A DNA stretch of 64,000 nt from Candidatus Eiseniibacteriota bacterium (GTDB taxonomy: Bacteria; Eisenbacteria; RBG-16-71-46), in contig CAVQXP010000004.1 of assembly GCA_963717935.1 (NCBI GenBank), positions 384,001 to 448,000 on the forward strand. Reading direction: 5' to 3'. The translations under genes and the position numbers were made by a program. Shown piece by piece: positions 37,217 through 47,294 of the stretch (positions within the stretch are counted from its first letter, which is position 1; each line of letters opens with the position of its first letter). The notes below the pieces were generated by a model that worked only from the letters and a program-made list of their open reading frames with translations, searched no databases and had not been told where the DNA came from.

Positions 37217-37293
37217 CGGCGCGCGCGGACACCGGGGCGGACCCGGGCGGGTGGTTCGCCGCCGGCCCGCTGGCGGCGCGCGCGGACACCGGG
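37217..37293. repeat. perfect 20-bp direct repeat (2 copies, 37-bp spacer)
   Basis: CGGCGCGCGCGGACACCGGG at 37217-37236 and 37274-37293. Confidence 0.8.
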
Positions 37294-37313
37294 CTAGGAT
37301 GTGCGCCGCCACC

Positions 37314-38054
37314 ATGTTCCAGCCCACTCCCACCGCCGCCCCCGTCGCCGAGATCGAGCGCCGCCTCCGCTGGCGGGTGCTCGCGGTCGGCGGCTTCCTC
37401 GCGCTCATGGTGATGCTCGCCGTGATCGCGGCGGTCTCGGTGCTGGTCCCGGCGCGCATCGTCACCGGCCTGCCCGACGACGCGGACGTGACCGCAGCAA
37501 GCGCGGTCCTGCGCGCCCGCCTGCCCATGCGCGCGGGGACCCTGCGGTTCCGCTCGGCGCTCGCCGGCGAAGCCCCCCGGGGCGCGATCTTCGACGCCGA
37601 CCGGGACCGGCTCGCCGAACGCGCGGCCCTGCTGCTCGAGCGTGCCCGCACGCGGCACCGGGGCGACCCGCGCCTCGACGTGGCGCTCGCCCACCTCGAC
37701 CTCGCGCGCCAGCGCTACGCCCTCGCCGAGCGCCGCTACCGCGCGGTGACCGACCGGGGCGTGGACTCGCCCGAGGCGCGTCTCGGGCTGGGCGTGGCGC
37801 TGGCCCTCCAGGCGGACGCCGAGCGCGAGCCGCTGCGCTCTCGCGCGCTGCGGCTCGAGGCGATCGCGCAGTTCGTGGCCGTGGACCCGCGCGACCCGGC
37901 GTTCGGGCCCGCGCTCTACGACCGCGCGCTGCTGCTCGACCAGGTCGGCCGCCGCGCCGAGGCCCTGCGCGCGGCGCGCGAATACGCCGCGCGCGACTCC
38001 GTCAGCCCCTGGGCCGCGCAACTGAGACGGGAACTGCGGGACACGGCGGACTGA
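37314..38054 (+). CDS. membrane-anchored TPR protein
   Basis: N-terminal TM then TPR-like helices (EARLGLGVALA, ALYDRALLL…DSVSPWA); alternative ATG 37299. Confidence 0.72.
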   Translation: MFQPTPTAAPVAEIERRLRWRVLAVGGFLALMVMLAVIAAVSVLVPARIVTGLPDDADVTAASAVLRARLPMRAGTLRFRSALAGEAPRGAIFDADRDRLAERAALLLERARTRHRGDPRLDVALAHLDLARQRYALAERRYRAVTDRGVDSPEARLGLGVALALQADAEREPLRSRALRLEAIAQFVAVDPRDPAFGPALYDRALLLDQVGRRAEALRAAREYAARDSVSPWAAQLRRELRDTAD

Positions 38055-38170
38055 CGTTCCCCGCGAGGCCTGGCTCGACCGGGCCCGCCGGTCCTCGTCG
38101 CAGCAGCCGAACGTCCGCGGCCACCCCGCGGGAGGCCGCCAGACCCGGTGTCGTGCCGGGGCCACGCACG

Positions 38171-38235
38171 CGAAGACCTCCGTCCGTGGAGAAGGGCTGG
38201 CTGAACCCAGCCCTTCCACCACGCGGAGGTCTTCG
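38171..38235. terminator. long imperfect hairpin between convergent genes
   Basis: CGAAGACCTCCG…GAAGGGCTGG / CCAGCCCTTC…CGGAGGTCTTCG. Confidence 0.6.
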
Positions 38236-38266
38236 TCTTACCTGCGACTCAGCAGAACGACAAGAA

Positions 38267-39673
<1,407 letters not shown>

Positions 39674-39809
39674 GGTCTACCCCCTCCTGGTGGTTTCGCG
39701 GCGCCGGACTCCCCATGGGCGCCCGCAGACCGTCAGACGACGGTCGCAACGCGGCCCACCTCCCGTCTCGATGGCGGAACGAATAAGAACCCGGTCACAC
39801 GCGCCTGCG

Positions 39810-39839
39810 ATTCTAGCTTCCCTCCCGGCCTTCGTCCAA
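39810..39839 (-). promoter_or_regulatory. sigma70-like promoter of S8 peptidase
   Basis: TTGGAC-N18-TAGAAT with upstream A-tract on minus strand. Confidence 0.5.
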
Positions 39840-40004
39840 GGGTTTTTCCCCCCACGCCGGCCCGCCGGGCGCCGCTACCGCGCGGCGACCGAGCGGGACG
39901 TGGACCCGCCCGGAACGCCCAAAGCGCCGCGCGCGAGCCCGTCAGTCCCCGGGCGGGGCGGCCGAGTCGGGAACCGGGGACCACAGGGGGACCGGGGTGG
40001 AAAC

Positions 40005-41807
40005 TCAGCGCGGCGCTCCGCCCCTTCGCCGCTCGGCCTGCATGCGCTCGATCTCCCCCAGGACGGCGCGGCTCTCGGGGTTGCCCGGGTCGCGCCGCAG
40101 CAGCGCCAGGACCGCGCGGTGCGCCTCGTCCAGTTCGCCGAGCCGCAGCGAGACGACGCCATAGCCCTGCCAGGCGACGACGTTCGACGAGTCCCGCGCG
40201 ATCGCGCGCAGGTAGACCCGCTGCGCCGCGCGCAGGTCACCGCGCATGGTCTCGGCCATGCCCCACTGCGTGAGCACGCGCGTGCTCGGCTGCGTCTCGG
40301 CGGCGCGCCCGAAGGCCGTGGCCGCATCGTCCCAGCGCTCGCGGTTGAAGTTGCGCACGCCCACGTAGTCCCAGGTCCTGCCGCGTTCCTCGGGGCCGCG
40401 GGACGGAGGCTCGGTCATCAGCGCCGTGACGCGCACGAGCCCGCGGTCCACGTCGGTCTGGTGCGCGAGCCACTGCACGCTGGGCGCCGCCGCCGCGAGC
40501 GCCAGGGCGACGCCGACCCAGGCGAACGCCGGTGCGCGCCGCAGGGTCTCGCCCACGAGCCACGCCGCGAGCAGGGCGACCGTGATGCCCGCCTCCGACA
40601 GGGTGTCGTAGTCACGGAACACGCCCTGCCACGGGTGGACGAAGAGCAGCAACCCGAGGAAGGGGACGGCGAGCGTGATGAGCAGCGCGGCCTCGCGCCC
40701 GCGCGGGAGCCGCCGGCCCCAGGCCAGCGCCACCAGCAGCAGGACGGGCGCCAGCGGCGCGAGCAGCACCACCACGTTGGGCAGGTCCACGGCCCGGGTG
40801 CCGGCGAACATCGAGGCGAGCAGCCCGCCCTGTGCCTTCACCTCGGGCGAGGCCAGGTGCATGCCGGGATCGAAGCGCGTGAACGTCCTCACGATGCGGC
40901 CGAGCGTGAGCGTGAAGGCCAGCACCGGCAGACCGGCCGCCACCCAGACCGCGGGGGCCCGCACCGCGGCGGGCCTCGCGTGCAGCGCGAGCGCGAACGC
41001 CAGGAGCACCGCCGGGACGAAGCCCACCACCGAGCGGTGGAGGAAGGCGCCGAGCGCGAGGGTCACGCCGAGCGCGAGCAACCCGCGACGGGAGCCCGCG
41101 GCGCTCGGGTCGCACGCCGCGCGCAGACCGAACGTGGCCACCGCGACGGCCAGCAGCACCATCTCCCCGTTGACCTTGCTGTAGCCGGTGTAGAGGCCGA
41201 GGTAGCCGCCGAAGAAGACGGCCGCGGCGACCACCAGCGCGCCCGTGCCGCGCAGGGCCAGCGCGCGCGCGAAGGCGAGCGCGAGCAGGGCGAGCAACGC
41301 GGCCTCCAGGGCGCCAAGGGCCCGCGGCGCCCAGTTCAGGTCGAGCCGGCCCGCGCCCATGAGCCGGGTCGGCAGGTCGACGTGGAGGAACGCGTCCAGG
41401 GGCATCGCCTGCGGGAAGATCACGGCCGCGGGGCCGGCCTCGTCGATGGCGCCCTGGCGCAGCTGGAAGTCGCCCACGAAGCGCACCTGGTCCGGCAGGG
41501 CGGACACGAGGAGCGCCGCGCAGGCGACCGCCACGAGCGTCGCCACCCACGAGCCGCTGGCGATCGCCTCGCCGGCGCGGCGGAACGCCGGCTCCACGCG
41601 GCGGGCGAGCGGCGGCACGAGCGCGAGCGCGGCGAGCACCCACGGCGCCCACGCCCACCACGGCGCGAGGAAGCGCTGCAGGTTGAGGCTCCAGCCGTAC
41701 ATGTTCGGCACGAAGGCGAGCGCCGCGCGGGCCAGCACGAGCAGCACCAGCGCCACCCAGAGCGCGAGCGCCGCGCGCCGGGGCGCCCGGTCGGGCGCGT
41801 GCTCCAT
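40005..41807 (-). CDS. polytopic membrane protein with C-terminal TPRs (GT-C-like)
   Basis: More than 10 hydrophobic segments, acidic loop motifs VGDFQ and FRDYD, TPR-like tail; in-frame upstream ATG 41936 possible. Confidence 0.7.
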   Translation of the reverse strand: MEHAPDRAPRRAALALWVALVLLVLARAALAFVPNMYGWSLNLQRFLAPWWAWAPWVLAALALVPPLARRVEPAFRRAGEAIASGSWVATLVAVACAALLVSALPDQVRFVGDFQLRQGAIDEAGPAAVIFPQAMPLDAFLHVDLPTRLMGAGRLDLNWAPRALGALEAALLALLALAFARALALRGTGALVVAAAVFFGGYLGLYTGYSKVNGEMVLLAVAVATFGLRAACDPSAAGSRRGLLALGVTLALGAFLHRSVVGFVPAVLLAFALALHARPAAVRAPAVWVAAGLPVLAFTLTLGRIVRTFTRFDPGMHLASPEVKAQGGLLASMFAGTRAVDLPNVVVLLAPLAPVLLLVALAWGRRLPRGREAALLITLAVPFLGLLLFVHPWQGVFRDYDTLSEAGITVALLAAWLVGETLRRAPAFAWVGVALALAAAAPSVQWLAHQTDVDRGLVRVTALMTEPPSRGPEERGRTWDYVGVRNFNRERWDDAATAFGRAAETQPSTRVLTQWGMAETMRGDLRAAQRVYLRAIARDSSNVVAWQGYGVVSLRLGELDEAHRAVLALLRRDPGNPESRAVLGEIERMQAERRRGGAPR

Positions 41808-41855
41808 CACGCCGTGCGCGCGCGCGGTGGACCGCCGGGCGTCACGCGCGTCGGG

Positions 41856-41908
41856 ACGTCGCGGCGCTCTGCGCTCGTCCGAACGCCTCGGCGTTCCGCG
41901 CTCGTCCG
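41856..41908. repeat. imperfect 27-bp tandem duplication
   Basis: ACGTCGCGGCGCTCTGCGCTCGTCCG and ACGCCTCGGCGTTCCGCGCTCGTCCG. Confidence 0.55.
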
Positions 41909-41922
41909 CCGGCCGCCCCGCC

Positions 41923-44373
41923 CTACGGCGTCTCATCTTCGTCCATCCAGTAGAGCATCGCGCCCGGCGCGGGCATGCGCGTGGCGTCGCGCCACGCCCC
42001 GCCCACGATCCGGCCGATGAGCTGCTGCAGCAGGCCGGGACATGGCCGGCGATACTCGAGCAGCCGGATCCTGGCGCCCTCCGGGACCCGCGCGCGACGG
42101 CGCGCCTCGGCCACGGCGTCCTCGAGCCCGCCGATCTGGTCCACGAGGCGCCGCTCGAGCGCGTCCTCGCCCATCCAGACGCGCCCCTGCGCCACGGCGT
42201 GCACTTCGTCCCAGGTCATGCTGCGGCCGGCGGCGACCAGCTCGACGAAGCGGTGGTAGAAGCGCAGCGTGGCCGAGTCGGCGGCGGCCTGATCGGCACT
42301 CGTCCAGTCGCGGTTCGTGGACCAGCCGCGCATCCACGCGCCGCGCCCGAAGTCGTCCTGCCGCACGCCGTGCTTCGCGTAGAACTGCTCGAGCGACGGC
42401 TTGATGGTCACGATGCCGATCGAGCCGGTGCGGGTGAAGCGATCGGCGTAGATGCGGTCCGCGCCGGTCGAGATGTAGTAGCCGCCGCTGCCCGCCACAC
42501 CACCCATCGAGACGATGAGCGGCTTCTTCGTCTCCCGCTTCAGCCGCAGCGTGGCGTGGTGGATCAGGTCCGAGGCCAGCGCCGAGCCCCCCGGGCTCTC
42601 GACGCGCAGTACCACCGCCCTCACCCCGGGACGCTCGAACGCGCGCTCGAGCTGGGCGATCACGGTCTCCGAGCCCATCGAGGGGCCCAGCAGCAGATCG
42701 CCGCCGCTCCTGCCGGTCTCGATGCCGCCGCTCGCATAGACCACGGCCACGGGCGCGGGCACGGCCCACTCGCGGCGCGCCTCGGGCCGGCGGTCGAGCA
42801 CCACCCGGCGCGGCCTCTCCCCCAGCCCGCACAGGCGGCCCAGCACGGCCAGCGCATCCTCGCGGTAGCCGACCGAGTCGATGAGGCCCGCCTGCCGCAG
42901 GTCGCTCGCGCGCCAGGGCCGGCCATCGAGCAGCGTGAGGAGGCGGTCGCGGTCCATCCCGCGGTCGGCCACCAGGGCCGAGACCAGCAACTCCTGGCTC
43001 ACGTCGAGCCCGCGCTCGATCGCCTCGCGGTCGGCGTCGCTGGTGGAGTCCACGCTGAAGTTGCGGTACGCCGACTTGTACCTGCCGTAGGACGTGCGGT
43101 CCACCCGGATACCCAGGCCGGCGAGCAGGCCGCGGTAGTAGCGCCTCTCGACGCGCAGGCCCAGCGGGACCGGATCGGCTTCGGGCGGCATCACGATGCG
43201 GTCGCAGGCCCCGGCCAGGTAGAGGTCGGCGCGCCCGCCGCCGTACTCCATGAACGCGACCACCGGCTTCCCCGCCGCGCGCAGGCGCGCCAGCCGCGGC
43301 CGCAGCTCCTCGATCTGCGCCATGTTGCCGACTCCGCGCAGGTCGAGGAACACGCCGCGCGTGAGCGGGTCCTCGAGCGCCCGCCGCAACTGGTCGTGCA
43401 GCGGCCCCACCGGCGTGAAGTCGCTGCCACCCATGAGCGAGAAGCCCGAAAGCGCGTCGTCGCCCAGCACGCCGGCCGCGCGCACCACGGCCACGCGCCG
43501 TTCGTGACGGCCCGCCAGCAGGGTGCGCTCCTCGCCCGAGTGGAGCAAGACGGCGTAGCTGTCGTAGCGTCGGCGGCCGTCCACCGAGGCGCGCTGCGCC
43601 GCGCTGCCGCCGTTGACGCCGCGCAACGCCACGCCCAGGTGCAGGCCGCGGTGGTCCTCGACCGTGCCGCGCAGCAGCACGCCGGGGAGCGCCTCCAGTT
43701 CGCCGCCGAAGCGCACCCGCGCCTGATCCCGCCGGCCGGCCTCCGCCAGGACGACGTCCGACGTGAGCGTCAGCCGCGTGCCCCAGCCGTGTGCCAGCGC
43801 GGGGCTCAGCGCGAACGGGCGCAGGCCGAGCGCGAGCGTGTACTCGCGGGTCCACCGCTCGCCGCTGAGGACCGGCTGGGACAGGTGGTCGGCCACGCCC
43901 CCGAGCGCGAGCCAGGGCGCGGGGCGCGACAGCACCCCGATGCGGTGGTCGGCGACCACCTCGTGCGTGCGTGCGTCCACCCGCCAGTCGTTCGCCAGCC
44001 CCCACCGCAGCGCCGTCCCGCCCACCGCCAGCGTGAAACCGTAGCGCTGCGACAGGTCCTTCACGTGCTCGCCCTGCAGCGCGAAGCCCCCGAGACCGAT
44101 CGCCCAGCGATGGATCCGGCCACCGTCCTCGAAGCTGGTCCCTGAGCCGGCCACCTCGGCCGGATGGCGCACGCCGAGACCGGCCGGGTTGTAGAACACG
44201 GAGAAAGCGCCCTCGGCGCAGGCCGCGCTCTCGTTGCCGTAGAGCAGGAGCGGTTGCGCAGGTGTCGGCGTCCCGGCGCCGGCGGACGCGGCCCCGCACG
44301 CGGTCAGTGCCAGGACCGCGATCAGGCGGTGCAGCGGGGCCCGGAACCCGGGGCCGGGCCGGCGGGGCGTCAC
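41923..44373 (-). CDS. sppA: signal peptide peptidase SppA (two S49 domains) with extra N-terminal beta-rich domain
   Basis: YKSA, LRVESPGGS, SMGGVAGSGGYY, TGSIG, AQGRVWMG, LVDQIGG; GTGA overlap with nth. Confidence 0.88.
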   Translation of the reverse strand: MTPRRPGPGFRAPLHRLIAVLALTACGAASAGAGTPTPAQPLLLYGNESAACAEGAFSVFYNPAGLGVRHPAEVAGSGTSFEDGGRIHRWAIGLGGFALQGEHVKDLSQRYGFTLAVGGTALRWGLANDWRVDARTHEVVADHRIGVLSRPAPWLALGGVADHLSQPVLSGERWTREYTLALGLRPFALSPALAHGWGTRLTLTSDVVLAEAGRRDQARVRFGGELEALPGVLLRGTVEDHRGLHLGVALRGVNGGSAAQRASVDGRRRYDSYAVLLHSGEERTLLAGRHERRVAVVRAAGVLGDDALSGFSLMGGSDFTPVGPLHDQLRRALEDPLTRGVFLDLRGVGNMAQIEELRPRLARLRAAGKPVVAFMEYGGGRADLYLAGACDRIVMPPEADPVPLGLRVERRYYRGLLAGLGIRVDRTSYGRYKSAYRNFSVDSTSDADREAIERGLDVSQELLVSALVADRGMDRDRLLTLLDGRPWRASDLRQAGLIDSVGYREDALAVLGRLCGLGERPRRVVLDRRPEARREWAVPAPVAVVYASGGIETGRSGGDLLLGPSMGSETVIAQLERAFERPGVRAVVLRVESPGGSALASDLIHHATLRLKRETKKPLIVSMGGVAGSGGYYISTGADRIYADRFTRTGSIGIVTIKPSLEQFYAKHGVRQDDFGRGAWMRGWSTNRDWTSADQAAADSATLRFYHRFVELVAAGRSMTWDEVHAVAQGRVWMGEDALERRLVDQIGGLEDAVAEARRRARVPEGARIRLLEYRRPCPGLLQQLIGRIVGGAWRDATRMPAPGAMLYWMDEDETP

Positions 44374-45266
44374 TGTGACGACTCGACCCGGAGGCGCGGG
44401 CAATGAGGGAGCAGGGGGCAGATCGAGCAGCGCGGCTTGCGCGCCAGGCACACGCGCCGCCCGTGGAAGATGAGCCAGAGCGAGAAGGCGGACCACCTCG
44501 CGGGCGGGACCTGGGGCTGGAGCGCGAACTCGATCCTGACCGGGTCCCGCTCCTGCGTCAGCCCCAGGCGCTGCGCGAGGCGCTGCACGTGCGTGTCCAC
44601 GACGATGCCCGGGACACCGAAGACGCTTCCGAGCACGACGTTCGCGGTCTTGCGCCCCACGCCGTGCAGCGCGGTCAGATCCTCCAGGGCGCATGGCACC
44701 TCGCCATCGTGCCGCGCCACGAGCTCGGTGCAGCAGAGCTGGATGGCCCTGGCCTTGTTGCGGTAGAAGCCCGTCGAGCGGATGAGCCCCTCGAGCTCGT
44801 TGCGGTCCGCGGCGGCGAGCGCCGCGGCGTCGGGGAAACGCTCGAAGAGCGCGGGCGTGACCAGGTTCACGCGCGCGTCGGTGCATTGCGCCGAGAGGAT
44901 CGTGGCGACCAGCAACTGCAGGGCGTTCGCGTGGACGAGCGGCGTGGTGGCGTCCGGGTAGAGGCGCTCGAGGATGCCGAGCAGGGCCGTGAGACGGGCC
45001 GGCTCGGCACCCGCGCTGCGCGCGGGCCGGGTCGCGCCACGGGCCCGCGCGCGGGGCTTCGCCACGGGCGGGCTCTTCACCTTCGGCCGCGCGCCCCGCG
45101 GCGCATGCGCCGGCCCAGCGCCCGCGCGGGGGGCGGAGGCAGCACCCGCGCTGGAGACGCGCTTATGGGTGCGGCTGCCGCCGGGCGTGGCGCGCGGACG
45201 GCTCTTTCCCGGGAGGCCCGGATCGGAGGCGCGGCGGCGGCGGGAGCGCGGCGATTTGCGCGGCAT
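44370..45266 (-). CDS. nth: endonuclease III with basic low-complexity N-terminal extension
   Basis: ILSAQCTD, GVGRKTANVV, VDTHV, CLARKPRCSICPLLPHC 4Fe-4S motif. Confidence 0.93.
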   Translation of the reverse strand: MPRKSPRSRRRRASDPGLPGKSRPRATPGGSRTHKRVSSAGAASAPRAGAGPAHAPRGARPKVKSPPVAKPRARARGATRPARSAGAEPARLTALLGILERLYPDATTPLVHANALQLLVATILSAQCTDARVNLVTPALFERFPDAAALAAADRNELEGLIRSTGFYRNKARAIQLCCTELVARHDGEVPCALEDLTALHGVGRKTANVVLGSVFGVPGIVVDTHVQRLAQRLGLTQERDPVRIEFALQPQVPPARWSAFSLWLIFHGRRVCLARKPRCSICPLLPHCPRLRVESSQ

Positions 45267-45275
45267 GGTGCGGCG

Positions 45276-45304
45276 AGACTAGCGAGGCCCCTGCCACGAG
45301 GCAA
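45276..45304 (-). promoter_or_regulatory. sigma70-like promoter of nth (near-leaderless)
   Basis: TTGCCT-N17-TAGTCT, 9 nt before ATG 45266. Confidence 0.55.
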
Positions 45305-45402
45305 GGAGGAGTGCGTGTTGCGGTGGGCCGAAGAGCGCCGCCACGATGACGCCGGGCCCGGGCGCGCGCGCCGCCCGGGCCCGGCGAGCCTTCCCCGCGG
45401 CC

Positions 45403-46227
45403 TCAGAACCCCCAGGAGATCCCGAAGCGCATGCCGAGGCCGTTCATCTTGACCACGTCGCGCACCGTCACGAGGCCGAGGTCGGGGACATACAGGTCCA
45501 CGTCGCTGCCGACCTCGGAGCCGTTGTAGAACACCTCGCCGTTGATGCGCGTACGGCCGTTGAGCGGGATGCCGGCACCACCCCACACCTGCCACCCGAA
45601 ACCACCGAAGGCCTGGTCGAACGACTCGCTGGTCACGTAGTTGTCGGCCGTGAGGAAGAGCCACTCGTAGCCCACCCCGAAGCCACCGTACGGGATGACG
45701 GGCAGGTTCTCGTCGCCGCTCACCTGCACGAACGCCAGGACGGGCAGCAGGTCCGCGCTGGTCTTCGACAGGATGAGCTCCTCGCTGGCGGTGCCGACCG
45801 GCAGGTCATACGAGCCGAGGTCCATGGTCGCGCTTTCCGACCTGTGCCACCAGTCCAGGGCCACGCCGATCTGCACGTGCGGGTCCACCTGCGGGCCCAT
45901 GCGGAAACCGCCCACGAGACCGGTGGAGAAGTTGTCGGTCGGGTCGAAGAAGCCGACGTGCACCTGCGTCGTGGTCGGCATCACCGAGGCGCGCGAGCGA
46001 TAGGCGCGCGGGCGGTAGCCGACTCCGCCCACGAACGGGGTCGCGAGGGCGAGCGTGGGCGGTGCGGCGGCCTCCGCCGCGACGACGGTGGTCGGCGTCA
46101 CGCTCACGAGCGGCATCGGGAAGGACGGGTTCTGCAGAAGGCCCCCGGAGGCGCCGGGACTCGCCGCCGCGGCGGCCGGGAGCAGTAGTGCGGCCGCGAG
46201 CGCGGCCATCCACAGGCAGGTGCGCAT
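45403..46227 (-). CDS. outer-membrane beta-barrel protein
   Basis: GGAGG RBS, signal peptide, IPYGGFGVGY, C-terminal GMRFGISWGF. Confidence 0.82.
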   Translation of the reverse strand: MRTCLWMAALAAALLLPAAAAASPGASGGLLQNPSFPMPLVSVTPTTVVAAEAAAPPTLALATPFVGGVGYRPRAYRSRASVMPTTTQVHVGFFDPTDNFSTGLVGGFRMGPQVDPHVQIGVALDWWHRSESATMDLGSYDLPVGTASEELILSKTSADLLPVLAFVQVSGDENLPVIPYGGFGVGYEWLFLTADNYVTSESFDQAFGGFGWQVWGGAGIPLNGRTRINGEVFYNGSEVGSDVDLYVPDLGLVTVRDVVKMNGLGMRFGISWGF

Positions 46228-46285
46228 ATCGGATACCCTCCGTGCTGGGTGGGGCTCGGGCCGGGGACGACGACACTGTTCCCTC

Positions 46286-46300
46286 GCACGGCCCGTGCCG
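46286..46300 (-). promoter_or_regulatory. sigma54 (-24/-12) promoter
   Basis: CGGCACG-ggcc-GTGC about 60 nt upstream of 46227. Confidence 0.55.
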
Positions 46301-46433
46301 GACCATCCGTTGCTTCCGGACGCCCCATGATAGCCTCTTCCGCCGCAAAGACGTGCATCGGGCATCACCCCCGTGGCAAGGCGGTCGCGAGGTGTTGCGG
46401 CCCTGCCGCACCACGTATAGGTTCGGAGGTCCC

Positions 46434-47294
46434 ATGGCCGCACTCTTCCCGTTCCTGACCGCGCTGCTGGTGGCCACCGCGGCCGGCACCGGCGCCCCGC
46501 CCACGTCGCCCGTCCGCGCGGCCGGCCCGACGCTCGCGACCGAAGACACCCTGTACACCGAGGTGCCCCCGGTGCTCGTGAGCGCGCCGCGGGTCACGCT
46601 CGACGAGATCCTCGGCCGCGTGGCCCGCGGCGAGCGCCGGCGCGACTCCCTCATGACCGATCAGAGCTACCTCGTCACCGTGCGGGTGGTGCGCAACGCC
46701 GACAGGAAGCGGCCCACCGAGTTGCTGGTCGAGAACGTCTCGCGCGTCTACAAGAAGAAGCCCGACCTCGTGCGCACCCAGGTGCTGCGCGACTACAAGG
46801 CGCACGCCAGGAAGAAGGGCGCGCGGGTCGAGGTCAGCCTCCGCGAGCGCGCCGGGATGGACGAGGAGATCGTGAACTTCGCCTTCCGCCCGGAGGCGCG
46901 GCGCCAGTTCCGCTACCACATCCTGGGCCGCGACCTGGTCGGCGACCACCTCATCTACCGCGTCGCCTTCGAGCCGCGCTCGCTGCTCGACTCCTCGAAG
47001 CCGCGAGGCGTGGTGTGGATCGACACCAACGACTTCGTCATCGTGCGCCAGGAGTTGATCTTCGACCGCTCGCCGCTGGCGCCTTTCATCAAGGGCGTCC
47101 ACCGCTTCGTCATCGAGCGGCAGAACGTGGATGGATCCTGGGTGTTGAAGCGCCTGCTCCTGCGCGCGGAAGCCGCGATCCCGCTTCCCGAGCTGGGAAA
47201 GAACTTCGACTTCTCCATCCGCTTCGACGACTACGCCATCAACCGCGGCCTGCCCGACTCGCTCTTCGCCAGGCAGGCGGAGGTGAAGCGATGA
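46434..47294 (+). CDS. secreted protein of unknown function (similar to N-terminal part of DUF5686-type proteins)
   Basis: GGAGG RBS, signal peptide, YRVAFEPR…GVVWIDTNDFVI, FDDYAINRGLPDSLF. Confidence 0.7.
   Translation: MAALFPFLTALLVATAAGTGAPPTSPVRAAGPTLATEDTLYTEVPPVLVSAPRVTLDEILGRVARGERRRDSLMTDQSYLVTVRVVRNADRKRPTELLVENVSRVYKKKPDLVRTQVLRDYKAHARKKGARVEVSLRERAGMDEEIVNFAFRPEARRQFRYHILGRDLVGDHLIYRVAFEPRSLLDSSKPRGVVWIDTNDFVIVRQELIFDRSPLAPFIKGVHRFVIERQNVDGSWVLKRLLLRAEAAIPLPELGKNFDFSIRFDDYAINRGLPDSLFARQAEVKR

Noticed and set aside
37217..37293. CRISPR array
   Set aside because: Only two 20-bp repeats, no AT-rich leader, no cas genes in the window
35861..37651. N-terminal extension making a 1563-aa ATPase
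   Set aside because: Overlaps the nuclease gene in another frame; the ATPase starts at MRLLRL via ATGA coupling
39674..39800. c-di-GMP riboswitch in the S8 leader (also considered for 20576-20730)
   Set aside because: Hairpins present but conserved GCAAA/GAAA-receptor elements not found
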